DNA of 63,385 nucleotides, the filler included, from Lenisia limosa (Eukaryota > Protista > Breviatea): the NCBI GenBank assembly GCA_001655205.1. It is 14 parts of 14 records of this genome, joined end to end, with 100 filler letters (N's around TTAATTAATTAA, not from the genome) between each part and the next. Parts side by side here need not be neighbours in the genome. Positions count along the whole stretch, not along the records: positions 56,858 to 63,385 come from LPNZ01005856.1; 13 more parts are not named here. One strand, given 5' to 3'. Shown here piece after piece: positions 61,294-63,385 of this stretch. Made by a program: the position numbers and the translations under genes. How positions within the stretch are numbered: position 1 is the stretch's first letter; every line of letters begins with the position of its first letter. The notes beneath the pieces were generated by a model. The model saw only the letters and a program-made list of their open reading frames with translations. It did no database searches and had not been told where the DNA came from.

Positions 61294-62274
61294 ATGACCG
61301 TCTCATCATCCCCCCGTCGTCGTCGTTCTTCGTCTGACAAACCCTTAGTCCCTGCTGACCAGCATTGTATTGTTGTTGTCGGCGATGGTGGTGTCGGCAA
61401 GTCTTCCATCACTATCCAATACATTCGTGGCGCTGAGAACGTTTTCTTTGACGACTATGACCCGACCATTGAGGACTTCTACCGTCGCCAAGTTGTGGTA
61501 TGAATGGCTTCATCATCATCATTTGCTCTATGTCTCTCTTTTCTATGCGTTCACATTTTTGATTGTTCTGACATTTTCAGATTGACGAGCAAACAAGCCG
61601 TCTTGAGATTGTCGACACTGCCGGCCAAGAGGAGTTCCGTGTCATGGCTGACGACTGGTACCGTCAAGGTGGGATAAAGGGATTGCTGGTTCTCTCTTTT
61701 CACAATAATCTTTTCTATTTTTCTGACCTTCCCAGGAGACGCATTCCTCATTGTCTTCTCCGTCACTTCTCGTCGTTCCTTCGAAGAGGCTGACAACATG
61801 CGCGCCAAGATCGTTCAGTGCCACGAAGGCTACGTCCCCCCTATCGTTCTCGTCGGTAAGCCCAAGCCTCTTTGTTCGTCATCTTGGTGATCTATTTCTT
61901 TCTTTTCAGTTCTATTGTATTGTTTGATCTCACGTTCCAGGCAACAAGGTTGATCTTGTTGACGATCGTAAGGTTTCCTACTCCGAGGCCTCTGCTCTTG
62001 CTCGCCAATGGGGTTCATCATACTGCGAAACTTCTGCCAAGCTCGACGAAGGCATTGATGAATGGTGAGCTTCCACGAAATATACAGGTCTAGATCTCAA
62101 ATATTATGTTGTTTTTTTCATGATGATTTGGGCCTTGTTTGTTGTGATTGAGCCTTTTCTGACTTTGTTAGCTTCTCAACGATCGTGCGCAAGTCCAGAA
62201 CTAGCCGAGTCCCTAAGCCTGCGAAGCGCTCAATATGGTCTCGTATCTTCTCTTGTTGTAGAAAGCAGAAGTGA
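61294..62274 (+). CDS. Ras-family small GTPase, 5 exons
   Basis: Exons 61294-61497, 61581-61668, 61736-61855, 61941-62064 and 62172-62274. Motifs [28 protein letters not shown] and ETSAK; ends ...[10 protein letters not shown]. Confidence 0.95.
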
Positions 62275-62637
62275 CTTTGTTTTGTTTTGCATCATGGTGT
62301 TTAGTGTTGTATTTTAGCCTATTTAATTCTGCTTGTATTGCTGTTTCTTCGGCTTGAGTGAAGCCTTTTTCTTAATAATGTATTATTTGGTTTACCTTTT
62401 TTTTCTGGGTTGTCAAGTGAATTGAACTGCCATATAAAAAGACTCGATAGACGAGACTGAAAAGGTAAGCTCAAGGAAACAATTTTAGAAACACATTAGC
62501 ACATCGCACACAACAACACTGCTTCTGAAATAGTGAAAAAGATACCTCAGCACGATCCCAAGTAGAAAAAAGAAACATAAATTACAACGTACACACAGAG
62601 TACGACCTAGAATCCTAGAAACAAAAACCGCATAATA

Positions 62638-63385
62638 TTAGTCGTAAATCGAATCATCGTCTTCGTCTGACACGATTGGCGCCACCGCATCTGAAAGCTG
62701 CGAAGTGAAAAGGAATAATGAGAGAGCAAGAGCATAACAACATGAAATAAAACCAAGGGATACATGAATGTGGATATTGATTTGATACGGGATTCCTTGA
62801 AATTCCACTGAAAAATCATAGTACTATTAGCTGTGACTCAATTATCACTTATTACAATTATGTGCATGAAACATAAACGCAAATTTCTTTAACTTTATTT
62901 TTAAACTAAATATAGATTAATTTACGTCTATCCACTTATGATGAAATATGTCTCATAATATTACATACATAGCAGTATCACTTACTTTTGAACGAGTCTT
63001 ATTTGACAGAAGCGTTTGCTGAAGAACACCAATTCTCAAATCCATTTGTTTCAACTCGGTCTAATAGGTGAGGTGGGACAACTTTTGAAATTGAATTTGT
63101 GAAAAAAGAAAATAAAAAAAAATAAAAAAGTAGCACAGTCCAGCACAGCTCAACAATCCATCTGACCCACTCTTAAGTGAATACAAATAGTACATAAATA
63201 TCCCTATGATTGTAGATAAATTGTTCCTTCATAAGCAAAAATAAACAATTAACAATAATAAAAAAAACACCCATCGCCCAGCAGATTCAATCAGCAAAAA
63301 TATCATATGAGTGGGGTGGTGGTGGCGGGGTAATAACTGACCTTGACCTTCTGCAGGGACTGCTTTATGCTGACCAGAGGGGTTG
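62638..63385 (-). CDS. IFT57: Intraflagellar transport protein 57, C-terminal fragment
   Basis: Exons 63385-63342 and 63060-62986 give TPLVSIKQSLQKVKTELKQMDLRIGVLQQTLLSNK, matching the IFT57 C-terminus PLVKIKQSLTKLKQE..EMDIRIGIVEHTLL. The terminal exon (stop 62638) is tentative. Confidence 0.85.

Noticed and set aside
1-63385. tRNA, rRNA, snRNA genes or an autonomous transposase/Rep-helicase
   Set aside because: None recognised by eye; tRNAscan-SE, Infernal and a translated transposase search would be needed to exclude them.

Overview
Fragmented draft assembly of an intron-rich, AT-rich eukaryote, probably a flagellated protist (it carries IFT57); the organism cannot be named from the sequence. 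Thirteen artificial 100-nt spacers (N44-TTAATTAATTAA-N44) join contigs, so adjacency across them is unproven. Many other N gaps abut poly-G or poly-C runs. Genes were reconstructed by eye, exon by exon. They include a 13.5-kb Cys-rich multi-TM receptor-like gene, an ABCA-like N-terminus, a possible TFIIIC tau95 subunit, a spliced SUKH (SMI1/KNR4) gene, and fragments of XMAP215/CKAP5, xanthine dehydrogenase, TBL2, an adenylate/UMP-CMP kinase and IFT57. SFR1/Mei5 and a Ras GTPase appear complete. From about 17.6 kb to 59.6 kb the introns are packed with four short repeat families. (1) A ~100-bp hAT-type MITE, about 29 copies, several with 8-bp target-site duplications. (2) A hairpin-ended repeat of uncertain class. 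(3) A ~65-80-bp Tc1/mariner-type MITE. (4) A ~110-bp element that forms the 3' end of many unrelated introns and also occurs inverted against some GTGGGG donors. Family 4 is the best candidate for an undescribed system: an introner-like or splice-site-carrying repeat. No transposase, tRNA, rRNA or CRISPR array was seen. All family assignments are from motif recognition, not database searches.
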